Source of the DNA: Candidatus Aenigmatarchaeota archaeon
GTDB taxonomy: Archaea; Aenigmatarchaeota; Aenigmatarchaeia; CG10238-14; SCSR01
Reading direction: 5' to 3'
DNA length: 64,000 nt
Assembly (NCBI GenBank): GCA_038998335.1
Contig: JAVZHQ010000002.1
Coordinates: forward strand, 9,575 to 73,574
Below, piece by piece: positions 28,901 to 36,384 of this stretch. The stretch's first letter is position 1; each line of letters opens with the position of its first letter. The notes beneath the pieces were generated by a model. That model saw nothing but the letters and a program-made list of their open reading frames with translations, was not told the DNA's origin and searched no databases. A program made the position numbers and the translations under genes.

Positions 28901-29307
28901 TTAACCATTCTCTTCAAATAAACGCAAGTAGAGAAAAAGGTTATAATGTTTCTAGCGCGGAAGCGATTCTTTCAGAATTGAAAGAAAAAATAGAAGAGGC
29001 TAAAAATTACATTGCTCAAGGAAATTATCCAGCTGCTCAAGCTTTATTCCCAAGAATCCAAGAATTGCTTAATCAACTAAAAGAAGAAATAGAAAAATTC
29101 ACAAAACCAGAAAAAGGTTTTGACTGGATTTTAATCGTGATAATAATAGTTGCGATTATTGGAGTAATAATTCTAATCTATCTATTCTGGCCGACTAAAA
29201 CTGGCTATATAGCTGAGAAGAAAAGATACGTTTATAAACCAAAAAAAGAAAAGATAAGGAAAGAATTGAAAGAAAAATGGGAAAAAGCAACAAAAAGGGT
29301 AAAGTGA
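25936..29307 (+). CDS. giant surface (S-layer/adhesin-like) glycoprotein with a C-terminal TM anchor
   Basis: 1123 aa: a signal peptide, dozens of N-x-S/T sequons (NSS, NVT, NGT, NLT ...), a beta-rich body, then the C-terminal TM WILIVIIIVAIIGVIILIYLF and a K/E-rich cytoplasmic tail. Confidence 0.6.
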   Translation: MKKFLIFCFAAILFLILLEVSFSLFNSSTSGEFDVKAYVRLSLDNHFTENVYVNNTKEYNISVTFDNSSSVEFLYGPFNFLFLLVVNDTGDFSNENYITNNSLVNFTLIAYCNQTCFPGKYKSNFTVYNSTNSTENTTVEVEVDWPILVNENGTGFFNGTFPYKSATYHSFFFNTSNITNSTGVSIWLIDVNEYFNGTENLDVFLVDKNGKLKAKSIVSDIFCTNETECYKIKPLSYKNLPENEVWEIRIANSSETASYSGMLTLTTLNVTNESEIIDEINFDGLNSTINFRSTVIQLRNEGQRPLEVDSGLDFITFYYLKRFEGSGPKDFYILLPDNDVINYTDVSLVWNGNSDYSLKVFNPLGNLVGESSDKSISAKVCDVEREELVRITQENILPGYWRIAVSNSTPSNDSYNLTVFLYLNSRQWFETNFSKIVLNSTNVTEVNITLKLGKSYLDGEYGGNIKFLHNDYGLAWVEVPVHTFVNTSMLVVNGTFKTGLIKIKESTDFNITKTFNVTIENPGSYELKLNCSKQILRNKNNQNKTIDLKVECPSSIPSNSSGLLNLTLEINTLNTSNLPGLYEGWIYLNSSEAQPYNYFNLTLQVNLSNELNVKIYDLRTADSDTQVEDSNLSENITLIFNVTLANSSSFETLTKDNFKVNLTHTNVSFSRYFNVSNANSEIFNGNYSVNFTLPAKFPGGYYSVILNVTYGTLNGKDIFNYLFINNTALRLRLPSYDFSVTNGSSFLVNVSVDNFGPVNATNARVKIVIGTYCLASVKFHSGKCEGRDVVKIQESEVAFNLSANKINSCYVVWNVTAGNTITSCDSRIEGYNATFFGNLTFWTTVTEQTAGGGPGGGTQPSYFYNLTFTKAERLIIVKQNSTNSTIVIVKNTGNVSQEVFFGVLYINSSWYRINSTNVTLAPNQEAAFLVNFTVGMEEPKDYTGRFRAYSSNNTIISDFTLRVLPLVTLNESQIREINDTLLLYEVQMLNHSLQINASREKGYNVSSAEAILSELKEKIEEAKNYIAQGNYPAAQALFPRIQELLNQLKEEIEKFTKPEKGFDWILIVIIIVAIIGVIILIYLFWPTKTGYIAEKKRYVYKPKKEKIRKELKEKWEKATKRVK

Positions 29308-30299
29308 AAAAAATGAACAAAAATTTAATTTTTTCTTTAGTCCCGAACGTCTTTTTCTTTTTAGCTTTAGTTTATTTGATTTTTTCTGGCTTAAACACTT
29401 CTAAAGCCGTGGAAGTTGAGTTTAACAGCTTCTTGATTTTCTTTGAAAGTTTGGAAAAAATCGATGTCTTGAAAGGCATTATAGATTCTTTCACTTTTGT
29501 AATTTTTGAAGCAATAATCCCGCTTGCTCCCTTTTTATTTCTATTAGGCTTAGGTTTTTTCCTAACTTTTCTTTTTCTTGAAAAAATCAAACCTTACTTT
29601 TTTGTTTTTCAATTAATCCTTTTGGTTTTAATTTTACTCTACACAAGATTTTCAATAATAATCTTAACTTGTTTCTTAGGAATTTTGATTTCTAGCCTTG
29701 TTTTACTTAAAGCTACAGAAAAAGAAAAAAGAGGCTTTTCTTTCGTAAAATCTTTAATATCTAAACACCTTCATTTGGTTGTTTTTTTAATAGCTATAGG
29801 TCTATTCTTGAATTCTTACATCAAGTTCGAGAGTTATAAATCAACCGTTTTAGAAGCAAACATAAAGTTTGCAGAAAGAGTAGTTCCTGACGTAAAGAAT
29901 TTGGAAAATGAACTGAAGAAAAGCCATATAGACTTAATTAACAAAACTTGTGAAGGAATAAAAAGTGGTATGATAGAATCTTACCAAAAGTTTCCTCAGG
30001 ATTTAAGGGAAAATTGCGAACAAGTTCATGACTCTTCGATTTTTGTTGTCAACACAGTAAAACAAGAAGTTATAGCTCAAATAAACTCTTGGAACATAAC
30101 GGAAGAAAAAATTGAAATTATACCAAAACTATTTCCAATTCTTGAGCAAAGTGTAAAAATTACTCCTTTAATTCTTGCTGTTTCTTTTTATCTCTTAGCA
30201 AGATTTGAGAACTTTTTCATTTCCTTGCTCTTTGGTTTTTTAGGGTTTTTCCTTAAACCAAAAGAAAAAAAGCAAAAAGAGATTTTAAAAAAAGCATAA
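29277..30299 (+). CDS. polytopic membrane protein
   Basis: 340 aa with at least 6 TM helices. It overlaps the previous gene by 31 nt, so the true start may be the internal Met (MNKNLIF). Confidence 0.45.
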   Translation: MGKSNKKGKVKKMNKNLIFSLVPNVFFFLALVYLIFSGLNTSKAVEVEFNSFLIFFESLEKIDVLKGIIDSFTFVIFEAIIPLAPFLFLLGLGFFLTFLFLEKIKPYFFVFQLILLVLILLYTRFSIIILTCFLGILISSLVLLKATEKEKRGFSFVKSLISKHLHLVVFLIAIGLFLNSYIKFESYKSTVLEANIKFAERVVPDVKNLENELKKSHIDLINKTCEGIKSGMIESYQKFPQDLRENCEQVHDSSIFVVNTVKQEVIAQINSWNITEEKIEIIPKLFPILEQSVKITPLILAVSFYLLARFENFFISLLFGFLGFFLKPKEKKQKEILKKA

Positions 30300-30335
30300 A
30301 ATTTATATATATAAAACAAGGTAAAAAGTGAATAT

Positions 30336-30656
30336 ATGTGGTTAGAATTCACTACATTGAGCCTTTCATCGTTTTTAGTAGCAGAGATATTTTACAGGTC
30401 TAAAATTAAAATCTTCTTAACCTTTCAAAGCTTAGAAAATGCAAGAAAAAATCTAATGAAAATAGCAGAAAGAATAAACAAAAAAGGAAGCTCAGGAGTT
30501 GTAGTAAGCATAGGAAACAAAACTTTTCACTTCCATCATTCAAGACTTGGTTGGATTTTGGCTGCAATTTCTATGGGAATCGCAAACCTTTATCTTTTTT
30601 CAGTTTCATTTGGATTAATTCTTCATCATTTAATAAGGGAGAAAAAATTATTCTAG
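30336..30656 (+). CDS. hypothetical small protein
   Basis: 106-aa ORF with a hydrophobic C-terminal half. Confidence 0.35.
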   Translation: MWLEFTTLSLSSFLVAEIFYRSKIKIFLTFQSLENARKNLMKIAERINKKGSSGVVVSIGNKTFHFHHSRLGWILAAISMGIANLYLFSVSFGLILHHLIREKKLF

Positions 30657-30826
30657 AGCTTCATCTTAAGTTTTTCTAGAACATTTATTTGTTCATCTAT
30701 TCTTTTTATCTCATTTTTTATCATTTCTTTCTGAGCAGAATCTTTTATTAAACCAAGCTTTGTGGTTAACTCTTTTTTCCTAATTTTTAACCTTTCAATT
30801 TCTTTTTCAGCATCTTCTGCTAGCAT
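30653..30826 (-). CDS. 57-aa coiled-coil small protein (unannotated sORF)
   Basis: My translation: MLAEDAEKEIERLKIRKKELTTKLGLIKDSAQKEMIKNEIKRIDEQINVLEKLKMKL. Its ATG directly abuts the stop of the upstream gene (30827), which suggests operon coupling. Confidence 0.25.
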   Translation of the reverse strand: MLAEDAEKEIERLKIRKKELTTKLGLIKDSAQKEMIKNEIKRIDEQINVLEKLKMKL

Positions 30827-31264
30827 TTAAACACCTGTTTGTTTTAAGTAAGATAAAAACATTTCGTAAACTGGTAAAGTAATTTTTGATTTAAAAACTG
30901 GCTCAAGCTTTGCAATTTCCTCAAAACTTTCAGCCAAGCTAACTTTTTCTATCAAATCCTTGCCTTCCATAATAACACTCTGAGAAAGCTTTAAATCGAT
31001 TTTAGAATAGCGTGAAGCTACTAGGCCAAGAATTTTATCTATGTTGCTTATTATTATTGCTTTATAACCTTCAAGAAACTTTTTTTCCAAACCTTTTGTG
31101 TTTAGTTCTCTTTTTATTTTCACAAGGGTTGGTTCGAGAATTTCATCTCTTGCTCTTAAAAGCAAATTATCGCAAAAGTTTAGCTGGAAACGCTTAGCAT
31201 CAAAAAGCTCTTGGGTTGAGATGCACAAAGCTATAGGAGTTATGTCAGCTAAGGTTATAGGCAT
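30827..31264 (-). CDS. hypothetical protein
   Basis: 145-aa ORF, predicted all-alpha; no motif recognised. Confidence 0.45.
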   Translation of the reverse strand: MPITLADITPIALCISTQELFDAKRFQLNFCDNLLLRARDEILEPTLVKIKRELNTKGLEKKFLEGYKAIIISNIDKILGLVASRYSKIDLKLSQSVIMEGKDLIEKVSLAESFEEIAKLEPVFKSKITLPVYEMFLSYLKQTGV

Positions 31265-31307
31265 ATTATCACTAATTAATTTATAACTTAAAATTGTTTA
31301 AATTGTT

Positions 31308-33053
31308 GTGGTCAACATGATAAGAAGCCCTATAATAGTATGCGTAGGTCATATAGACCATGGAAAAACAACTTTGTTAGATTGTATAAGAGGTACAACT
31401 GTAACTAAGCTTGAGCCTGGGATGATTACTCAGCATGCAGGAGCAAGTTATGTACCAATAGAAACTGTTCAAAAAATTTGTGGTGATTTGCTTCAAAAAT
31501 TGAAAGTAAAGCTTGTTGTTCCTGGTTTGTTATTTCTTGACACTCCAGGACATGCGGCCTTCATAACCTTGAGAAAAAGAGGAGGAGCAGTTTCAGACCT
31601 AGCAATTTTAGTTGTTGATATAACAGAAGGATTTCAAGAGCAAACTGACGAAAGTCTAAAAGTTTTAAAAGAATTTAAAACTCCATTTGTTGTAGCAGCA
31701 ACAAAAATTGATAAAATTCCTGGCTGGACTCCTGTTAAAAATTCCTGTTTTACAGAAAGTTTTAAAAGACAAAGCGAAACGGTAAAGGATGAAATAGAGA
31801 AAAGAGTTTATACTATAATCGCTCAACTTTCTGAAAGAGGTTTTAACTCAGAAAGGTTCGATAGGGTAGAAGATTTTAGGAAGCAAGTAGCTATAGTTCC
31901 TTGCTCAGGAATAACTGGTGAAGGAATTCCTGAATTGCTAGTTGTTCTTGCTGGCTTAGCCCAACACTTTCTTAAGGATAGACTTGAACTTTCAAGTATT
32001 GCAAAAGGGGTAGTTTTGGAAGTTAAAGAAACTGTAGGTTTTGGTATAACTATTGATGCTATCCTTTATGATGGAAGAGTTAAGAAAGGAGATTTTTTGG
32101 TTGTTGGTGGAAAAGAACCGGTAGTCACAAAAATTAGAGCCTTATTAAGACCTAAACCATTGAGAGAGTTAAGAGTTGAAAAACAGTTTGAAAGCGTTGA
32201 AGAAGTAAGTGCAGCTGCTGGAATTAAAATTGCAGCTCCAAACTTAGAAAAAGTTATTGCTGGTTCACCGATAAGGTTTGTTAGTTCTGAAGAAGAAATA
32301 GAAAAAGCAAAAGCTGAAGTTCAAAGAGAAGTTGAAGAAGTTGAGTTTCTTAAACAAGTAGATGGGGTTATAATCAAGGCTGATACCCTTGGAAGCTTAG
32401 AAGCTATGATAAAAATTTTAACTGAAGAAAAAATTCCTATAAGGAAAGCAGAAGTTGGACATGTTACTAAACAAGATGTTATAGAAGCTCAAAATGTTTC
32501 AGACGAATTTAGAAAGGTGATTCTTGCTTTTAACGTAAAAATTTTAGAGGAAGCTAAAAGTCTTGCAAAAGATTTAGGAATAGAAATATTCCAGAACAAT
32601 ATAATTTACCGGTTAATAGAAGATTACAAACAATGGTTTGAGAAGAAAAAGGAATTGAAAATAAAAGAAAAGATGGAAAAGCTTGTTTGGCCTGGGAAGA
32701 TAAAAATTCTTCCTGGTTATGTTTTTAGAGTGAGCAAGCCAGCTATTTTTGGGGTTGAAGTTTTAGCAGGAAAAATTAAACCAAAGGTTTTGCTTGTTAA
32801 TAAAGAAGGAAAAGAAATCGGTGAAATAAAAGAAATCCAGAGAGAAATGCAAACTATAAGTGAAGCTAAAGCTGGAGATAAAGTTGCTATAAGTATGGAA
32901 GAACCAACAGTAGGAAGGCAAATACACGAGGGAGAAATACTTTATGTGAAAATTCCCGAATCTGATCTAAAAGAAATTTTGACAGAATTTAAGAATCAAC
33001 TTACAGAAGCTGACTTGAAAGTTATAGAAGAAATAAAAGAAATCTTATCTTAA
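31308..33053 (+). CDS. infB: translation initiation factor aIF5B (IF2-like GTPase)
   Basis: G1 motif VGHIDHGKTTLLD, then LDTPGH and ATKIDK, followed by domains II-IV. 581 aa. Confidence 0.9.
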   Translation: MVNMIRSPIIVCVGHIDHGKTTLLDCIRGTTVTKLEPGMITQHAGASYVPIETVQKICGDLLQKLKVKLVVPGLLFLDTPGHAAFITLRKRGGAVSDLAILVVDITEGFQEQTDESLKVLKEFKTPFVVAATKIDKIPGWTPVKNSCFTESFKRQSETVKDEIEKRVYTIIAQLSERGFNSERFDRVEDFRKQVAIVPCSGITGEGIPELLVVLAGLAQHFLKDRLELSSIAKGVVLEVKETVGFGITIDAILYDGRVKKGDFLVVGGKEPVVTKIRALLRPKPLRELRVEKQFESVEEVSAAAGIKIAAPNLEKVIAGSPIRFVSSEEEIEKAKAEVQREVEEVEFLKQVDGVIIKADTLGSLEAMIKILTEEKIPIRKAEVGHVTKQDVIEAQNVSDEFRKVILAFNVKILEEAKSLAKDLGIEIFQNNIIYRLIEDYKQWFEKKKELKIKEKMEKLVWPGKIKILPGYVFRVSKPAIFGVEVLAGKIKPKVLLVNKEGKEIGEIKEIQREMQTISEAKAGDKVAISMEEPTVGRQIHEGEILYVKIPESDLKEILTEFKNQLTEADLKVIEEIKEILS

Positions 33054-33740
33054 ATTTTTCTTTTTAGGCAAAACTAAGAAACCTATAATGCCCCCAATAA
33101 TTCCACCAAAATGTGCAAATTCACTTATGTTGTTTGGAAAATAGTACCAAAGGAGAAATATGTCAAGGAGAATATAAAATAGAACTCCTACAAAAAGCGG
33201 AACTTTAAAATTTTTAAGAGTAAAGAAAATGAAAGGTAAAGCTACTATATTTAAAAGAGGGACAAGCAAAACCGGGATTTCTTCCCATCCTGCTATTGCT
33301 CCTGCAAGAAAAATCAAGCCAAAAATGCATGCAGAAGAACCTACCGCTAAAACAAATTGGTTTGTTAGAAATTGGATTAGAAAAAGAAAGGGTAAAGCAA
33401 AAAATCCTGAAAAAAAGTAGAAGAAAGCTAAGTTTAAACTTCCTATTTTACTTTCAACAACTGCACCTAAAGCAAGGAAGATTAGCATGTTAATTATAAG
33501 ATGAATTAAGCCTGTATGAAGAAACATGTGAGTAATTAAAGTGTAAGGTTTTGTTTGAAGATTTTCAAGGGCTAAGCCAAACTCACTTATAATATAAGGT
33601 TTATTGAAAGTAAGTAAGTAGACTGCCAAATTTATTATAAAAATTGTGTAAGTAGCTGCGGGGAACTTTTCCATACAATATAAGTTTAGTTGGTTAAAAT
33701 AAATTTTTATAAAAGTTATTTTTTTATAAGACAAATTCAT
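33045..33740 (-). CDS. rhomboid-family intramembrane serine protease
   Basis: Six TM helices. The catalytic motifs are GSSACIFGL (GxSx) and FAHFGGIIGG (the His TM helix with A-H-x-x-G). Confidence 0.7.
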   Translation of the reverse strand: MNLSYKKITFIKIYFNQLNLYCMEKFPAATYTIFIINLAVYLLTFNKPYIISEFGLALENLQTKPYTLITHMFLHTGLIHLIINMLIFLALGAVVESKIGSLNLAFFYFFSGFFALPFLFLIQFLTNQFVLAVGSSACIFGLIFLAGAIAGWEEIPVLLVPLLNIVALPFIFFTLKNFKVPLFVGVLFYILLDIFLLWYYFPNNISEFAHFGGIIGGIIGFLVLPKKKNLR

Positions 33741-33751
33741 TATAGATACAA

Positions 33752-34078
33752 ATGGCTATAGAGCTTCCTTATCTTGAGTTCTTGGTTGTTTTAAGTATAA
33801 TTTCTATAGTTTATGTTGTAGTTATCTTAGTTCTTGTTTGGGAGTTAAGGAAAGCTATAAAAAAGATAATAGTCACGAGTAAAAAAATACTAGAAGAAGA
33901 TATAGTTTCGACTTTAATTTTATGGAGTTATGAAAAGCTTAAAGCTGGGGTTCCTGAAGAAGAATTAAAAAATATTTTGCTTAAGTCAACTGTTACTAGA
34001 GCTGATGAAATTTTAGAAAAAGCAAAAGATTTGCTTTCTAGAACTATAGAAACAAAAAGTGTCTTTTCTAAAGAATAA
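33752..34078 (+). CDS. small N-terminally anchored protein
   Basis: 108 aa with a single TM helix. Confidence 0.35.
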   Translation: MAIELPYLEFLVVLSIISIVYVVVILVLVWELRKAIKKIIVTSKKILEEDIVSTLILWSYEKLKAGVPEEELKNILLKSTVTRADEILEKAKDLLSRTIETKSVFSKE

Positions 34079-34826
34079 ATTTTTCGATTTTTCCGATATA
34101 GGTTCCGTCTAGCAAATAGGCTTCGCATTTTCTTATATCAAGAAAATTATTAGCAAGAATTGGGCCAATAAGTTCTTTATCTGCTATTTTATTAATTGCA
34201 ATTCCGCCCAGAAGTTTGTTGAAAGTTGGAAAAATTATAATTTCTAATTTACCTACCTTTTCTAAGTTATACTTTTCTTTTACAAGTTTTTTGTTAAGCT
34301 CTCCTTTTACCCAAACTTGTTCTATACTTCTATACCCTAAGCTGTCCTTAAATTCTACACAAGGATGAACATGCCCCATAAAAAGGTAATCGCACAGCAT
34401 TAAATTTTTAGAAGGCCATGCATGACCGTGAAAAAAACCATATTTTCCAAGTTTAAGGCCTTTTGAAGAATAAACCTTTACTTCTTTTGGAAGTATTGAA
34501 GAAATATTGTCGTCATGATTTCCTCTTACACAAATCACTTTAACTTTTTTAATTAAATGAAAGAAGAGTTTTGGGATTTCTTTAATTTCTCTAAAGCTTA
34601 TACCGGGAACTTTATGTTTGACGTCGCCAAGAATCAAAAGAGTTTTTACTTTTGTTTTTTCCAAAAGAAAATCAATCATATTCTTGAACTTTTCGGCCTG
34701 TGAAGGAATAATTATTCCAGACTTAAAAAGTTCGTGCTCTAAACCCAAATGTAAATCTGCTATAACTAATACTTTTTCTTTTTTGATAAAAAGGGCTGGA
34801 TAATCTCGAATAAACCTTATTTTCAT
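34068..34826 (-). CDS. calcineurin-like metallophosphoesterase
   Basis: Motifs DLHLG, GDVKH, GNHD, GHAWP and GHVHP in canonical order. Confidence 0.7.
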   Translation of the reverse strand: MKIRFIRDYPALFIKKEKVLVIADLHLGLEHELFKSGIIIPSQAEKFKNMIDFLLEKTKVKTLLILGDVKHKVPGISFREIKEIPKLFFHLIKKVKVICVRGNHDDNISSILPKEVKVYSSKGLKLGKYGFFHGHAWPSKNLMLCDYLFMGHVHPCVEFKDSLGYRSIEQVWVKGELNKKLVKEKYNLEKVGKLEIIIFPTFNKLLGGIAINKIADKELIGPILANNFLDIRKCEAYLLDGTYIGKIEKFIL

Positions 34827-34881
34827 AATTCACTATAAGGAGTAAAATATATTTTTATTTTAACAGCTATAAAACTAAACT

Positions 34882-36384
34882 ATGCAAGAAGTTGGAACTG
34901 TAATTTCAACACCAGAAGCAAGCAGCACAAGGTTTTCCTTTGTTATAAACCAGGAAAAAAACCTAGTTTTAAGGAAAGGTCAATTTGTTCAGTTAGAAAC
35001 AGAGGAAGGTTTGTTAATAGCGAGAGTTTCAGAAATTTTTAAGACTAATCGCTACTTCACAAGAGCAGAGTCTGTTAGGGAATATGAAAGGTCTGGAAAG
35101 CTTTTACCAGAATTTTTTCCTGTAGAAAGGTGGGAATATTTAGTTGCAGACGCTATTCCTTTGGGAATTCTTTTTAACGAAACACAAAAAAGGGTTACTT
35201 TCCCTCCTTCACCAGGTTTAAAAGTTTTTCTAGCGGAAAGTGAGGTGCTAACTAAATTTTTAGGTTTAGACGAGAACGGACTTAACATTGGTGAAATAGA
35301 ATTTCATAACTTACAAGCAAAAATAAACTTAACGAGACTTTTCCAAAAACATTGCTCGATTCTCGCTCAAACAGGAGCAGGAAAAAGCTACTTAGTTAGT
35401 TGCTTGATAGAAGAAATTTTGGACAGGAAGGATGAGCTAGGGAAGCCAGCGATAATAGTTATAGACCCGCATGGCGAATATTTAGGTTTTGGTGAAGATG
35501 AAAAATATTTAACAAAAACAAAAATTTTTGATGAGAATACTTTAAAAATAGCTACTCATGAACTTTCTGCAAACCAAATTTGTGAATTGCAACCATTTAT
35601 TTCTCCTGCTGAAAAAAGAGAATTAGCAAGAGTAATAGAAAATTTGAGAGAAGAAAAAATTGCTTATGATATGAATGATTTGATCGCTGCAATAGAAATT
35701 AGCGACATCAAGCCAAACGTTAAAGCTCCTTTGGTTTCCTGGCTTAATGACTTAAACTCTACAAACCTTTTTAGTAATGTTACAAGGCCAAGTATAGAGG
35801 AACTAGCAAAAAGTGGACAATTAAGTATTATAGATTTGTCAAACTTTGTTCACTTGAGGGATAAACAGATAATAGTAACTTTTATAGCAAGAAAGTTATT
35901 TGAAGCAAGGAGGTCAAATCAAATTCCCCCATTCATTCTTTTTATAGAAGAAAGTCATCAGTTTTCTCCAGAAAGAGAAGAAAAGTTTCAAGCAATTTCA
36001 AAAAATATAATAGAAACTATAGCAAGAGAAGGAAGGAAATTTAATGCTTCCTTAGTTCTAATTTCTCAAAGGCCTATACAGCTAAGCGTTACAGCTTTAA
36101 GCCAGTGCAACACTTCAATACTCTTAAGAATTGTTAACCCTTATGATATAAAGCATGTTTCAGAATCTTGCGAGGCAATAAGCTCTGATATAATGGAGAT
36201 GCTTCCTGGTTTAAAAGTTGGTGAAGCAATAATAACAGGAGCTGCTGTCAATTATCCCATAATTGTAAGGATAAGGAGGAGAAAAAGCAAGGAATCACCA
36301 AAAATTGGAATGAAGTTGGAAGAAGCGATACTTAAGTATGAGGAAGAGAAAAAGCAAAAGATTGAAGATTTAAAAGCATTCTAG
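34882..36384 (+). CDS. herA: HerA-type DNA double-strand-break repair helicase/ATPase
   Basis: An N-terminal HAS-barrel-like segment, then Walker-A AQTGAGKSYL and Walker-B IVIDPHGE. FtsK/HerA-like. 500 aa. Confidence 0.75.
   Translation: MQEVGTVISTPEASSTRFSFVINQEKNLVLRKGQFVQLETEEGLLIARVSEIFKTNRYFTRAESVREYERSGKLLPEFFPVERWEYLVADAIPLGILFNETQKRVTFPPSPGLKVFLAESEVLTKFLGLDENGLNIGEIEFHNLQAKINLTRLFQKHCSILAQTGAGKSYLVSCLIEEILDRKDELGKPAIIVIDPHGEYLGFGEDEKYLTKTKIFDENTLKIATHELSANQICELQPFISPAEKRELARVIENLREEKIAYDMNDLIAAIEISDIKPNVKAPLVSWLNDLNSTNLFSNVTRPSIEELAKSGQLSIIDLSNFVHLRDKQIIVTFIARKLFEARRSNQIPPFILFIEESHQFSPEREEKFQAISKNIIETIAREGRKFNASLVLISQRPIQLSVTALSQCNTSILLRIVNPYDIKHVSESCEAISSDIMEMLPGLKVGEAIITGAAVNYPIIVRIRRRKSKESPKIGMKLEEAILKYEEEKKQKIEDLKAF

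Noticed and set aside
34068-34826. Considered as the missing NurA of the HerA/Mre11/Rad50 module
   Set aside because: Its motifs (DxH, GD, GNHD, GH, GHxH) are those of a calcineurin-like metallophosphoesterase, not the NurA RNase-H-like fold.
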